NCBI GenBank assembly: GCA_003009755.1
Contig: PXUB01000043.1
Span: forward strand, 16,646 to 80,645
Length of the DNA stretch: 64,000 bases
Direction: 5' to 3'
Source: Thermoplasmatales archaeon SW_10_69_26
GTDB lineage: Archaea; Thermoplasmatota; SW-10-69-26
Shown here piece after piece: positions 26,439 through 35,913 of the stretch. A model generated the notes under the pieces. That model saw nothing but the letters and a program-made list of their open reading frames with translations, had not been told where the DNA came from and did no database searches. Position 1 is the first letter of the stretch, and each line of letters starts with the position of its first letter. The translations under genes and the position numbers were made by a program.

Positions 26439-26544
26439 GGCGAGACGACGAGACCGTTTCGCGATGGATGAATCCTCTACGAGGGATGTTTCGCCGGCCA
26501 AACGATCGCTGAGCCGGGACGGTGGACGTTGGGCTTGGCACGTC

Positions 26545-26979
26545 TCAGCCGGGGGTCGGCGTCTGCAGGAACGCCTCGACCTCGATCGCTGGGGACAGGA
26601 TGCCGGACACCAAGCTCTCCTCGCTCGCCCGGTGGGCGAGCCTCACGAAGCTCTCCTCGTCGATCGCGTCGGCTCGGCCCTACGTGACGAGCCGGACCGA
26701 CGTAATCTCGCCTCCGTCGGCGTCGAGCTCGACGTCGGCCTCGGTCCGCACGTTGTCCGGCTCGTAGCCCTCTCGCTGGAGCACATCGGTCAACGCCATC
26801 GAGCAGCAGACGGTGTGGGCGGCCGCGATCAGCTCCTCGGGGTTCCTGTGCTCCCCGTCGGCGAACCGGCTGGCCGCGTCGAAGGCTGCCTGGAGGACGC
26901 CGCTGTCCGTCGACAGGGTGCCCTCGCCGGTGTCGAGGTCGCCTTGCCACCGGGCCGTCCCGCGCCGTTTGCGTGTCAC
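26545..26979 (-). pseudogene. Second OsmC paralog with in-frame TAG and lost resolving Cys
   Basis: 'NPEELIAAAHTVCCSMAL..RLVT*GRADAIDEESF..ESLVSGIL..IEVEAFLQ' aligns with the neighbouring osmC; TAG at 26680-26682; CPVS replaced by SLVS. Confidence 0.85.
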
Positions 26980-27087
26980 GGCGACGGCAGAGCTGGCCGC
27001 CTCGAGAGTCCTGCACGGTCGGCGCTTGGCGTGGCCAAGCGGTCGCTTGCAACGCCCGGTGAAGCTAGCCGACCGGCGACCGGGGGC

Positions 27088-28260
27088 TCACCTGTCCAGC
27101 GCTTCGCCGCCGATGAGGACCTTGTGGATCTCGTTGGTGCCCTCGTAGATGCCGCAGATCTTGGCGTCGCGGAAGTACCGCTCGACCGGGTACTCGCTGG
27201 AGTAGCCGTTGCCACCGTGGACCTGCACGGCGCGCTCGGTCACGTCCATGACGGCTTCGGCGGCGTGCAACTTGGCCGTCGACACGGCCTGGGCGTTGTC
27301 CTGGCCCTGGTCGGCCATCCAGGCGGCCTTCCAGACGAGCAGGCGGCTGGTCTCGATCTGCTGGTGCATGTAGGCCAGGTGCTCGCGCACGAGCTGGAAG
27401 TCGCCGATGCGGCGGCCGAAGGCCTCGCGGTCCTCGGCGTAGTCGAGGCTGGCCTCGTAGGCGGCGCGCGCGATCCCGACAGCGCCGGCGGCCACCGACA
27501 GCCGGCCCTTCTGCAGGATCGCGTTCGCGATGTCCCAGCCGTCGCCGATCTCGCCGAGCATGTTCTCCTCGGGCACCCAGCAGTCGTTCGTGATGAGCTC
27601 GGCGGTGTGGCTGGCGCGAAGCCCGAGCTTGTCGTTGCCCATCACGGTGCCGGTCGAGAAGCCCTCGCGCTCGGTCTCGACGACGAACGCGGCCAGCTGG
27701 GACTCCTTGTCGGAGGGATCGTAGCTGGAGCCCTCCTCGCCCACGCGGGCGAACACGACCACGTAGTCGGCGCGGTCGCCGTCGGAGATCCACATCTTCT
27801 TGCCGTTCAGGCGGTAGCCGTCCTCGTCCGGCGTGGCGGTCGTCTCCATCGCCTTGGCGTCCGAGCCGGACTCGTGCTCGGTGAGCGCCCAGGCGCCCCG
27901 CATCTCGCCGGTGCAGATCTCCGGCAGGTAGCGTTGCTTTTGCTCCTCGTCACCGAACATCTCCACCGTGTTCCCGAACAGGGAGGTGTTCACGCTGAAC
28001 GTGGTCCGCAGCGACGAGCACCCGGCGCCCAACTCCTCGGTCAGCAGCGCGTACGTCAGGTCGTCGACGCCGGCGCCGCCGTAGTCCTCGCCGATCGGCG
28101 CGCCCAGCAGGCCCAGCTTGCCCGCCTCGCGGACGACCTCGTCGGGGATCTCACCCTGCTCCTCCCACTCCTCGACGTTCGGCGCGACGTGCTTGTCGAC
28201 GAAGTCGCGCGCCGTCTTGCGGATCATCTCCTGTTCCTGGGTCAGCTCGAAGTCGACCAT
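27088..28260 (-). CDS. Acyl-CoA dehydrogenase
   Basis: 'ALTEHESGSD', 'LNGKKMWIS', 'KLGLRAS', 'REAFGRRIGDFQ', 'VQVHGGNGY', 'IYEGTNEI'. Confidence 0.95.
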   Translation of the reverse strand: MVDFELTQEQEMIRKTARDFVDKHVAPNVEEWEEQGEIPDEVVREAGKLGLLGAPIGEDYGGAGVDDLTYALLTEELGAGCSSLRTTFSVNTSLFGNTVEMFGDEEQKQRYLPEICTGEMRGAWALTEHESGSDAKAMETTATPDEDGYRLNGKKMWISDGDRADYVVVFARVGEEGSSYDPSDKESQLAAFVVETEREGFSTGTVMGNDKLGLRASHTAELITNDCWVPEENMLGEIGDGWDIANAILQKGRLSVAAGAVGIARAAYEASLDYAEDREAFGRRIGDFQLVREHLAYMHQQIETSRLLVWKAAWMADQGQDNAQAVSTAKLHAAEAVMDVTERAVQVHGGNGYSSEYPVERYFRDAKICGIYEGTNEIHKVLIGGEALDR

Positions 28261-28423
28261 GGGCGCACCTACGGCTCGACCAGACGGGGCTCTCTACTTG
28301 AAGGGCCGGTGGCGGAGCCCCTGCGAAGACACGCTTGGGCCCCCGGACGGGCGGCCTGCCCCGTCCCAACCCCGAGTTGGGCAAAACCTTTCTTCCACTG
28401 CTGCGTCGAGCCAAGCGGTCGGG

Positions 28424-30469
28424 GTGCTGCCGGAGGAGGCGCTGATCAAGGCCGCCGCAAGCCTGCTCAGCGGAGCCATCGGCATCTTCGTGCTCGCCAG
28501 CTCGAGCCGGCGAGCCGCCAACGTGTTCCTCGCGGCCTTCGTGTTCCTGCTCGCCGGGAACCAATTCGCCGAGACGATGCGGGTCTTGGGGCTCCCCGGC
28601 ACGCTGGCGAACAGCTCCTGGTTCCGCATCGCCTCGGTCTTCGCCTTCCTCGATCCGCTGGCCCTGTACGCCTTCGGGTCGGTGTTCCCGGAACGCAACC
28701 GCCTCAACGACCCCAGGCTCCTGGCTCTCGTCGCCTCGTTCTGCTCGGGGTTGGCGCTTTGCGCGGGCTTCCTCGGTCCCGACGTGTGGCTGGGGACGGC
28801 TGGCGACCGGCTGCTGACGGTGTGGGCCTTCGGGACCCTCGCGATCTACGGCGCCGTGCTCTTCGAAGCCCTTCGCCAGATCCGCGCCAAGCCCGTCGAC
28901 TCGGCCTACGCCAAGCTCGCCCCCGCCCTGTGCGTGATCACGATCCCGGCGGTCGCCCGCCTGGGGCGTCCCGTCTGGGGCGCCGTGGGCTGGACGGGCA
29001 TCCTGCCGCCCAGCTTGCACTTCCTCGCGTTCGGTCTGCTCACCATCGGGATCGCGGCCTGGGTCGTCGGGACCGCGATCTCGCTCCCGGACGAGGCACG
29101 GATCCCCCGCCGGCTGTTGATCGGCGGAGCCGTCGGTGGCCTCCTGTTCGCCGTGGTCTCCAAACCCTACATCGCGTTCGAGCCGCTCCGGCAGCTCGGC
29201 TACAGCCCGGGCGGATGGTTCCCGGACTACGTGAACGGCGGCGGGGACGCGTTGAAGCTTTTGACCTTCGGCGTGCTCGCGTCCGCGGCCGTGCTGCGGA
29301 ACCAGATGCTCGACCTCAGCTTGAGCAGCCGACGGTGGGCGGCCCGCGTCCTGTCGGCCGTGCTCGTCCTCGGCGGCATCGGGATCGTCGCCGTCGCGAC
29401 CTCGGAGATCCTGGGCGAGGGCGGCCCGCTGGCTCAGCCGGCCATCCTCGCCCTGTTCGTCGTCGTGCTAGTCTCGACGGAAGGGTTCCGCCGGCTCGTG
29501 GACACCATCGGGGAGAAGGCCTACGGCGTCCCACGAGGCTCCCAGCGGGAGGACCGCATCGACGCCTACCGTGCCGCCGTCGAGCAAGCCGTCGAGGAGG
29601 ACCGCGTGCTCGGCTCCGACCCGCGATTGCGGCGGCTTCGGGAGGAGCTCGAGATCGACGATCGCACCGCCCACGTCCTCGAGCGCATGGCCGGGTCCAC
29701 CGCCAGCGGCGGTCCGCTGCAACCCGGCGAGACGATCGACGGTCGCTACAGCATCGATTCCTTCGTCAGCCGCGGCTCGGCCGGCCGGATCTTCCGCGCC
29801 CACGACGAGCTGCTCGATCGCGACGTGGCGATCAAGGAGCTGTTGCACGGCGGCCCTCACGAGAGCGCTCGCGCCCTCGAGGAGGCACGGCTGGCGGGCC
29901 GCCTGGAGCACCCGAACATCGTCACCCTCCACGACATCGTCACGTCTCCCGGCGCCTCCCTGCTCGTCACCGAGTTCGTCCCCGGTCCCACGCTGGCCGA
30001 TCGTCTGGAGGACCGGGGCCCCTTCGGGCTCGACGAGCTGTTGGACGTCGTCGACGGGATCTTGTCCGGCCTGGAAGCCGTGCACGATCAGGACGTCGTC
30101 CACGGCGACCTGAAGCCCGCCAACGTCCTCTTGGCCGAGGGCGAGGTCCCCAAGATCGCCGACTTCGGCACCTCTCGCGTGGCCGACGGCGGCACCCGAC
30201 ACGCTCTCGGCGACGAGCGCGCCCACGAGGGGACCCCCGCCTACATGGCGCCCGAGCAAAAGCGGGGCCAGCCGCCGACGGTCGCCTCGGATCTGTACGC
30301 CGTGGCCACCTTGACCGACGAGATCGCCGAGCATCCGCTCCCCGAGCCGATCGAGCGCGTGCTCGGTGTCGCGCGCGCCCGAAACCCCGACGATCGGTAC
30401 CGCTCGGCGACCGCGATGCGGGAGGCGCTTCGCGAGGCTCAGCGGGCCGACCTCACGAGCGGAAGATGA
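28424..30469 (+). CDS. Multi-TM membrane Ser/Thr (Hanks-type) protein kinase
   Basis: About 9 hydrophobic segments followed by VAIK, HPNIV, HGDLKPAN, DFG, GTPAYMAPE. Confidence 0.9.
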   Translation: MLPEEALIKAAASLLSGAIGIFVLASSSRRAANVFLAAFVFLLAGNQFAETMRVLGLPGTLANSSWFRIASVFAFLDPLALYAFGSVFPERNRLNDPRLLALVASFCSGLALCAGFLGPDVWLGTAGDRLLTVWAFGTLAIYGAVLFEALRQIRAKPVDSAYAKLAPALCVITIPAVARLGRPVWGAVGWTGILPPSLHFLAFGLLTIGIAAWVVGTAISLPDEARIPRRLLIGGAVGGLLFAVVSKPYIAFEPLRQLGYSPGGWFPDYVNGGGDALKLLTFGVLASAAVLRNQMLDLSLSSRRWAARVLSAVLVLGGIGIVAVATSEILGEGGPLAQPAILALFVVVLVSTEGFRRLVDTIGEKAYGVPRGSQREDRIDAYRAAVEQAVEEDRVLGSDPRLRRLREELEIDDRTAHVLERMAGSTASGGPLQPGETIDGRYSIDSFVSRGSAGRIFRAHDELLDRDVAIKELLHGGPHESARALEEARLAGRLEHPNIVTLHDIVTSPGASLLVTEFVPGPTLADRLEDRGPFGLDELLDVVDGILSGLEAVHDQDVVHGDLKPANVLLAEGEVPKIADFGTSRVADGGTRHALGDERAHEGTPAYMAPEQKRGQPPTVASDLYAVATLTDEIAEHPLPEPIERVLGVARARNPDDRYRSATAMREALREAQRADLTSGR

Positions 30470-31169
30470 GCGTGCTCTTCCCGGCCTGGATGACGTCACC
30501 TGGCTCCAGCTCGTGCTCCTCGTCGGCCGACAGCTGGCATCCGTTCACGATGGTCCCGTTCCGGCTGTCCGGCAGATCGCGGATCCGGTGACCATCGGGA
30601 CCGGTCTCCACGAGAGCGTTCTCCGCGCTGACGAACGGATCGGAAGGCAAGGACACGCTCAGCCCTCGGTTGCGGCCCAGCACCCACCGATCGCGTTCGG
30701 CGGGATCCAGGGCGAACACGCGTCCTTCGGGCACGCCCTTGACGAGGACGAGGTGAGGGCCCTCGGCCTCGATCTCGCCGAGCACGGGGTCGCCCTGCAC
30801 GGTCCCCTGGCTGGGGTCCTCGGCGGGGGTCAGCCGGGCCAGATCCCGCAGCTCCTCCGCCATGGCGAACACCCGCTGGTTGTTCAGCATGTACTCAGTC
30901 GTCTCCCCGTATTCGCGTTGAGCCTGCCGGGAGACGACCGCGCCCGCGTCCATCAGCTTGACCAGGTGGCTTTTGACCGTCTGGCGGGCCAGCGGTTTCT
31001 GCCGTTCGGCCTCCGGCTTCCGCAGCTCGATCTCCGTCAACGTCTGCGGATCCCGCAGGAGGGCCAACAGCCGCAACCGGGTCGGGTTGGCCAGCGGATC
31101 CAGGTTCTCAGCGAGCCGGACGAGATGCTGATCGTCGGCCGACCTCACGGCATCCAAGCCCCCGACCAT
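30453..31169 (-). CDS. ArsR-type HTH + FHA domain transcriptional regulator
   Basis: 'LANPTRLRLLALL..QTVKSHLVKLMDAGAV' and FHA 'LGR..DPFVSAENA..DLPDSRNGTIVNG..LEPGDVIQAG'. Confidence 0.85.
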   Translation of the reverse strand: MVGGLDAVRSADDQHLVRLAENLDPLANPTRLRLLALLRDPQTLTEIELRKPEAERQKPLARQTVKSHLVKLMDAGAVVSRQAQREYGETTEYMLNNQRVFAMAEELRDLARLTPAEDPSQGTVQGDPVLGEIEAEGPHLVLVKGVPEGRVFALDPAERDRWVLGRNRGLSVSLPSDPFVSAENALVETGPDGHRIRDLPDSRNGTIVNGCQLSADEEHELEPGDVIQAGKSTLIFRS

Positions 31170-31499
31170 GTCGTGCCTCCCCAAGGCGAACCCATCGACC
31201 CCCCATCGGCTTGGGGACCCTTCAGCGTTCGGCTCCCCGCGGGCGCTGCAGACACGCCCCGCTGGGAGGCGTCGAGAGCTGAAGGAGAGGGGGATCCACG
31301 CCCCGCCTGGGGCGGGCGACGGGGCACCGCGACCGCACGCGAGGCGTGGAGGTGATCGAAGGTCGGACCCTGGGGGTCCTCGGACGGAACAGCCCAGGCT
31401 CCCTGCGGACCGGGCAGGCCCCAGCCCTACAACCCCATCAACCGGGCGCCCGGCACGTCAACCTATGCAGCCACCCGGCTGCCTCCGCGCTCCGCCGGC

Positions 31500-31967
31500 T
31501 CAGTCCTCGACCTCGAGGATCGCGCCGATCTCCACCGCCGTGTCCAGCGGAAGCACGTTGCACCCGACCGCGAACCGCGAGTGCCGGCCGGCCGGACCGA
31601 AGACGTCGCCGAACAGCTCGCTGGCCCCGTTCACGACGCTCGGCTGCTGGGTGAAATCGTCCGCCGACGCCACGAAGCCCTCCACGCGCACGACGCGGTT
31701 GACCCGCGATAGGTCGCCGACCGCGTCCTTCACGGCGGCGAGGATGTTGACAGCGCACCGCTGGGCCGCCTCCTTGGCGGCCTCGAGGCTCACGTCGTCC
31801 CCGACGCGGCCGGTCGCGAGCAGCTGGCCCTCCTCGTCGGTCGGTAGCTGCCCGCTCACGTACACCGTGTTCGCCTCGGTCTCGACGGCGGGCACGTAGT
31901 CGGCCACCGGGTCGGCCACGTCCGGCAGATCGATGCCCATCTCCTCCAGCTTCGCCTCGGGGTCCAT
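31500..31967 (-). CDS. RidA/YjgF family protein
   Basis: 'YVPAV', 'VSGQLP', 'VVNGASEL', 'GRHSRFAVG..LPLD..VEI'. Confidence 0.9.
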   Translation of the reverse strand: MDPEAKLEEMGIDLPDVADPVADYVPAVETEANTVYVSGQLPTDEEGQLLATGRVGDDVSLEAAKEAAQRCAVNILAAVKDAVGDLSRVNRVVRVEGFVASADDFTQQPSVVNGASELFGDVFGPAGRHSRFAVGCNVLPLDTAVEIGAILEVED

Positions 31968-32097
31968 GCGCGGGGGAGTGCCGACCCGCGGCATCAGGCT
32001 TGCGGGGCCCGGCGGTGCCAGAAGAGGCTTCGTCCGCGTGGTGGGACCCCGGTTCCTCTCCGTGGGCTCAAGTAGGCCGACCCGCTCAGCGCCTCCC

Positions 32098-32838
32098 GTG
32101 TCCCACCCGCTGCCCGACGGTGTCGACCTCGAAGCGTGCTTGTTCGGCGGCCAGGCGTTCACCTGGTGGTCCGCCGACGACACGATCGAGGGCCTGACGC
32201 GCGGGACTCGCGTCTCGATCGACCCCGTGCGAGGCACCTGGACCTCGACCCCCGACCGAGACGAGGGTTTCCTGGCCGCCTACCTCGGCCGCGAGCGGAC
32301 GCGGCCTCGCGCACTGGCCGAGGACCCCGATCTGGGGGCCCTCGCGCGCCGCATGCCGGGCCTGCGCCTGCTCGACCAGGATCCCTGGGAGGGCACGCTG
32401 GCGTTCATGATCAGCCCCGCCAACAACGTCCCCCGCATCCAGGCCACGATCGCCAAGCTATGCCGGCGCCTGGGCGACCCGGTCGACGGCACGGCCGCCG
32501 TGCCGGGCCCCCAGGCGGTCGCCGACGCCGAGCGCCCGATCGAGGCCGCCCACGACCGGCTCGTGGAGCTCGACGGCGTCGGACCCAAGGTCGCCGAATG
32601 CATCCTCTGCTACGCGCTCGGGTTCGATCGGGCCTTCCCCGTCGACCGCTGGGTGGCCCGCGCCGGCGAACATCTGCTCGGCGAGGAGCCCACGACCGAA
32701 GCGGCACGCCAGCGATGGGGGGACGATGCGGCGATGGCCCAGCAGGTCGTCTTCCACGGCGCCCGCAAGGGCTACGTCGACGGGATCGAGGCCAGCCCCG
32801 TGGCCGGCTTCGACGCCTGGCGCAGCGTCGAAGTCTGA
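32098..32838 (+). CDS. 8-oxoguanine DNA glycosylase-like (HhH-GPD), apparently internally deleted
   Basis: 'GGQAFTW', 'GLRLLDQDPWE..FMIS.ANNVPRI', HhH 'LDGVGPKVAECI', 'FPVDRW'; the segment before the HhH looks short. Confidence 0.75.
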   Translation: MSHPLPDGVDLEACLFGGQAFTWWSADDTIEGLTRGTRVSIDPVRGTWTSTPDRDEGFLAAYLGRERTRPRALAEDPDLGALARRMPGLRLLDQDPWEGTLAFMISPANNVPRIQATIAKLCRRLGDPVDGTAAVPGPQAVADAERPIEAAHDRLVELDGVGPKVAECILCYALGFDRAFPVDRWVARAGEHLLGEEPTTEAARQRWGDDAAMAQQVVFHGARKGYVDGIEASPVAGFDAWRSVEV

Positions 32839-33016
32839 GGCGCGGTCGGGAGGGAACACGCAGGAGAGCCGAGGGCCAGAGGGCAGCAGAGGGGAAGGCG
32901 AGGGACAGGCGAGGGCGGGCAGAGGAGTAAAGCAGGCCACGACGGAGGATCGCAGGGGACGGGCAAGCCGATCGCGTCACCGGCCCAGGCAAGGTCCTCG
33001 CGGACGGGATGGCGAA

Positions 33017-33345
33017 CAGCGCCATCGGCTTGCATTGCGTGATGGCGGTTGAGGGATGCGGGGCGTGGGTTAGACCTTGCCGGCCTCGATCGGTGCCATC
33101 GGCCTGCGTTGCGAGATCGCGGTCGCGAATCTGAAGCCACGGGCGGAGGGGCTGGGCGACGACCAGCGCCATCGGCCTGCGTCGCGTGATGGCGGTTGAG
33201 GGATGCGGGGCGTGGCGTAGACCTTGCCGGCCTCGATCGGTGCCATCGGCCTGCGTTGCGAGATCGCGGTCGCGAATCTGAAGCCACGAGCGGAGGGGTT
33301 GGGCGACGACCAGCGCCATCGGCCTGCGTTGCGTCATCGCGGTTG
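33017..33345. repeat. Tandem array: 147-bp period made of 73/74-bp half-units sharing a ~30-bp core
   Basis: CAGCGCCATCGGC at 33017, 33164, 33311; core GCCATCGGCCTGCGTTGCG..AT.GCGGT at 33021, 33095, 33168, 33242, 33315. Confidence 0.9.
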
Positions 33346-33437
33346 AGGGGGATCGCAGATACCGCTCCCCCTCTTTTTGTTGAAAATTTCCTCGCCAATT
33401 GCCCGCACGCGGACACCGCGGGACCGGAAATTTTCTG
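33315..33437 (-). repeat. Dispersed ~123-bp repeat family, copy D
   Basis: Reverse complement GAAAATTTCCGGTCCCGCGGTGTCCGCGT..GGCGAGGAAATTTTCAACAAAAAGAGGGGGAGCGGTAT..CCCCC..GCCGATGGC matches the unit at 10346. Confidence 0.8.
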
Positions 33438-33484
33438 TCCGAACCTTCTTCCGCGTGCCTCCGATTGCGGCCTCGAGGGTCAGG

Positions 33485-33952
33485 ATGCACGAAGACGCCG
33501 TCGAGGGCCGCACCGTCGGCGAGGTGTACGAGGACGATCTCCGGCGGGGAGCCATCGTCAGCGACTCCACGCCCCTCGTGAACCTCGTCGAGACGTTGGA
33601 CTTCCAGGACCTCGAGGCCCTCTACGTCGTCGACGCCCGCGAGATCTACTACGGCCTTTTGACCCGCTCGGACCTGCTCGGCTGGCTCGAGCAGGAGCTG
33701 GCCGCCCCGCAGACCCGGACCGGCTTCCCCTGGGACCGCGTCGGCGAAGCGATCGAGGGAGCCCACGCCGGCGACGCCGTCAACCCCGACAGCCGCAACG
33801 TGCCCGTCGAACCCCGCGACCCGCTCGACCGGGCCCTGCGCAACATGATGCAGGCCTCCGTGACCGTCGTCCCCGTGCTCGATCCCGACGGCGGCATCGA
33901 GGGCGAGCTGTCGTTGACGCGCGTGCTACGCGAGGTCCACGACAACCGCTGA
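33485..33952 (+). CDS. CBS domain protein
   Basis: Tandem CBS pattern 'LYVVD..GLLTRSDLL' and 'VVPVLDPDGGIEGELS..VL'. Confidence 0.8.
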   Translation: MHEDAVEGRTVGEVYEDDLRRGAIVSDSTPLVNLVETLDFQDLEALYVVDAREIYYGLLTRSDLLGWLEQELAAPQTRTGFPWDRVGEAIEGAHAGDAVNPDSRNVPVEPRDPLDRALRNMMQASVTVVPVLDPDGGIEGELSLTRVLREVHDNR

Positions 33953-34063
33953 CGGTTGCGAGGGGCACGCGGAGAAGCAGAGGACGGCGGTGCGAAGTGG
34001 ATCCCGGTGCCCTTGCCGGCCAGCGTGGGCTTTGCCGGCCACGGAGCCGCCGGCGTCGATCTG

Positions 34064-34339
34064 CTGCACGAGGGTGCCCACGACGGTCACGAGCGGAGCC
34101 ATCACGAGCGAGAGCCCGTCCAGGCGGAGCGCTGGCTCGACGCCCGACATCGGCACCCAACGGGTCGCCTCGACGAGGGGCCGCCCCGCCGCGACGGTGG
34201 GCGTCCCCGCGATGACGACGGCGGCCACCCCGGCGGGGACGGGCGCCGTCAGCCAGCCCGAGCGATCCCCGACGAGGCGTTGGGCGAGCAAAGCCAGCGG
34301 TGCGAGGACGAAGCCCGCGAGCACCGCGATCGTCAACAT
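34064..34339 (-). pseudogene. N-terminal fragment of Na+/H+ antiporter subunit A (MrpA-like)
   Basis: 'WVPMSGVEPALRLDGLSLVMAPLVTVVGTLV' resembles the MrpA N-terminus; similarity stops after ~90 aa. Confidence 0.6.
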
Positions 34340-34494
34340 CACGATGGGCCCCGCCGAGCATCCGACGAGCCCCCGCACGGCATCCGGCGAGGTCGGGGTT
34401 GCCATCCCCTGTCCAGGTGCTCCAGTCGAAGCAAGCGGCGGCTTGGCTGGGGCCACCCAACGGTTATCTGCCCCCATCGGATAGCTGGCGCTGG

Positions 34495-34917
34495 GTGCTT
34501 CCCTTGGCCTCCCAGCTTGGACCCGCATCCCACGTGCTCGCCATCGTCGACGGTTCCGAGGAGAACCGCGAAGCCGCCGTCGCCGGCGCCGACCTGCTCG
34601 CCGCCACGCCTGGCCTCCAGTTCACCGTCCTCGCCTCCGCCGACGTCGCCCAACCGGCCGGTAGCCCCGAAGCCACCGATCTCGCATCGACGAACGGCTC
34701 CGGCGCGCTCCTGCAACGCGCGCCACAGACCTCGAAGGTCGTGGAGGCGACGCGAGCGATCGAGGACCGCGGCCTGACGACGCGGATGCGGACGGTCGAG
34801 GGCGACCTCGTCGAGCGCGCGATCGAGGTCGCGGCCGCCCACGATCTCGTCGTCCTCCCGCCCTCGATGGCCGACCGTGCCGACGAGTTCCCTGTCCCGA
34901 CGCTCGTCGCCCCCTGA
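34495..34917 (+). CDS. Universal stress protein (USP)-like
   Basis: 'HVLAIVDGSEENREA', 'VEGDLVERAIEVAAAHDLVVL', 'VPTLVAP'. Confidence 0.7.
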   Translation: MLPLASQLGPASHVLAIVDGSEENREAAVAGADLLAATPGLQFTVLASADVAQPAGSPEATDLASTNGSGALLQRAPQTSKVVEATRAIEDRGLTTRMRTVEGDLVERAIEVAAAHDLVVLPPSMADRADEFPVPTLVAP

Positions 34918-34974
34918 GGTGGCGATCCGGCCCGGCCCGAGGGCTAAGTAGACCGGTCTCCATCAGCGGCATCC

Positions 34975-35913
34975 ATGTCCACGATCCTCGTCAACGACCC
35001 GATCCACGAAGCCGGCATCCAACGCCTCGAGGAGGCCGGTCACGACGTCGTCCAGGGCCCGCTCGAGGGCAAACGGCGCGAGCAGGTGCTCGGCGAAGCT
35101 CGGGCCGCGATCGTGCGCTCGGGCACGACGGTCGACGAGGCGCTCCTCGACGAAGCTCCCGAGCTCGAGGTCGTGGCTCGGGCTGGCGTCGGCGTGGACA
35201 ACATCGACCTCGACGCCTGCGAGGCCCGCGACGTGACCGTGTTCAACACGCCGGACGCCTCCACGAACGCGGTCGCCGAGCTGACGCTGGCCCACATGCT
35301 GTCCGTCGCCCGGCACTTCCCCCGCGCCCAGCGCGCCATGCCGCAAGGCGAGTGGCCGAAAAGCGACTGCCGGGGCGTCGAGCTGTCCGGCCGCACGCTG
35401 GGGCTGGTCGGCATCGGCCGGATCGGGGCCCGCGTCGCCGAGCTCGCCCAAGCCTTCGGCATGGACGTCCACGCCCACGATCCCTACGTGGACGAGGCCC
35501 GGGCCGACGAGCTGGGCATCCAGCTGCACGAGGACCCCGGGGCCATGGCGGCCCACCTCGACGTCGTGTCCGTGCACACCCCGCTGACGCCGGAAACCGA
35601 GGGCCTCGTCGGCGGGGCCTTCTTCGACGCTGCCGAGGCTCCCCTCGTCGTCGTCAACTGCGCCCGCGGCGGCGTCGTCGACGAGGACGCGCTGCGGGGG
35701 GCCCTCGAGCAGGGCACCGTCGCCGGCGCCGGGCTCGACGTCTACGAGACCGAGCCCCCCGAGGACCGCGAGCTCCTCCAGCATCCTCGCGTGTCGACGA
35801 CCCCGCACATCGGTGCGCAGACCGACGAGGCCCAGCGCGCCTGCGCGAGGCTGGCCGCCGACGGCATCCTGGCGATCTTCGACGGCAGCGAGCCCGACAC
35901 GCGGATCGTGTAG
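34975..35913 (+). CDS. serA: D-2-hydroxyacid / D-3-phosphoglycerate dehydrogenase (no ACT domain)
   Basis: 'RAGVGVDNID', 'AVAEL', 'GIGRIG', 'NCARGGVVDE', 'LDVYETEP', 'TPHIGAQT'. Confidence 0.85.
   Translation: MSTILVNDPIHEAGIQRLEEAGHDVVQGPLEGKRREQVLGEARAAIVRSGTTVDEALLDEAPELEVVARAGVGVDNIDLDACEARDVTVFNTPDASTNAVAELTLAHMLSVARHFPRAQRAMPQGEWPKSDCRGVELSGRTLGLVGIGRIGARVAELAQAFGMDVHAHDPYVDEARADELGIQLHEDPGAMAAHLDVVSVHTPLTPETEGLVGGAFFDAAEAPLVVVNCARGGVVDEDALRGALEQGTVAGAGLDVYETEPPEDRELLQHPRVSTTPHIGAQTDEAQRACARLAADGILAIFDGSEPDTRIV

Noticed and set aside
12891-26682. Pyrrolysine or amber recoding from two in-frame TAGs
   Set aside because: TAG is the normal stop of many intact genes here, the osmC copy has other lesions, and no pyl genes are in the window.
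33017-33345. CRISPR array
   Set aside because: Repeats are degenerate, spacers are duplicated in alternation, and no cas genes are in the window.
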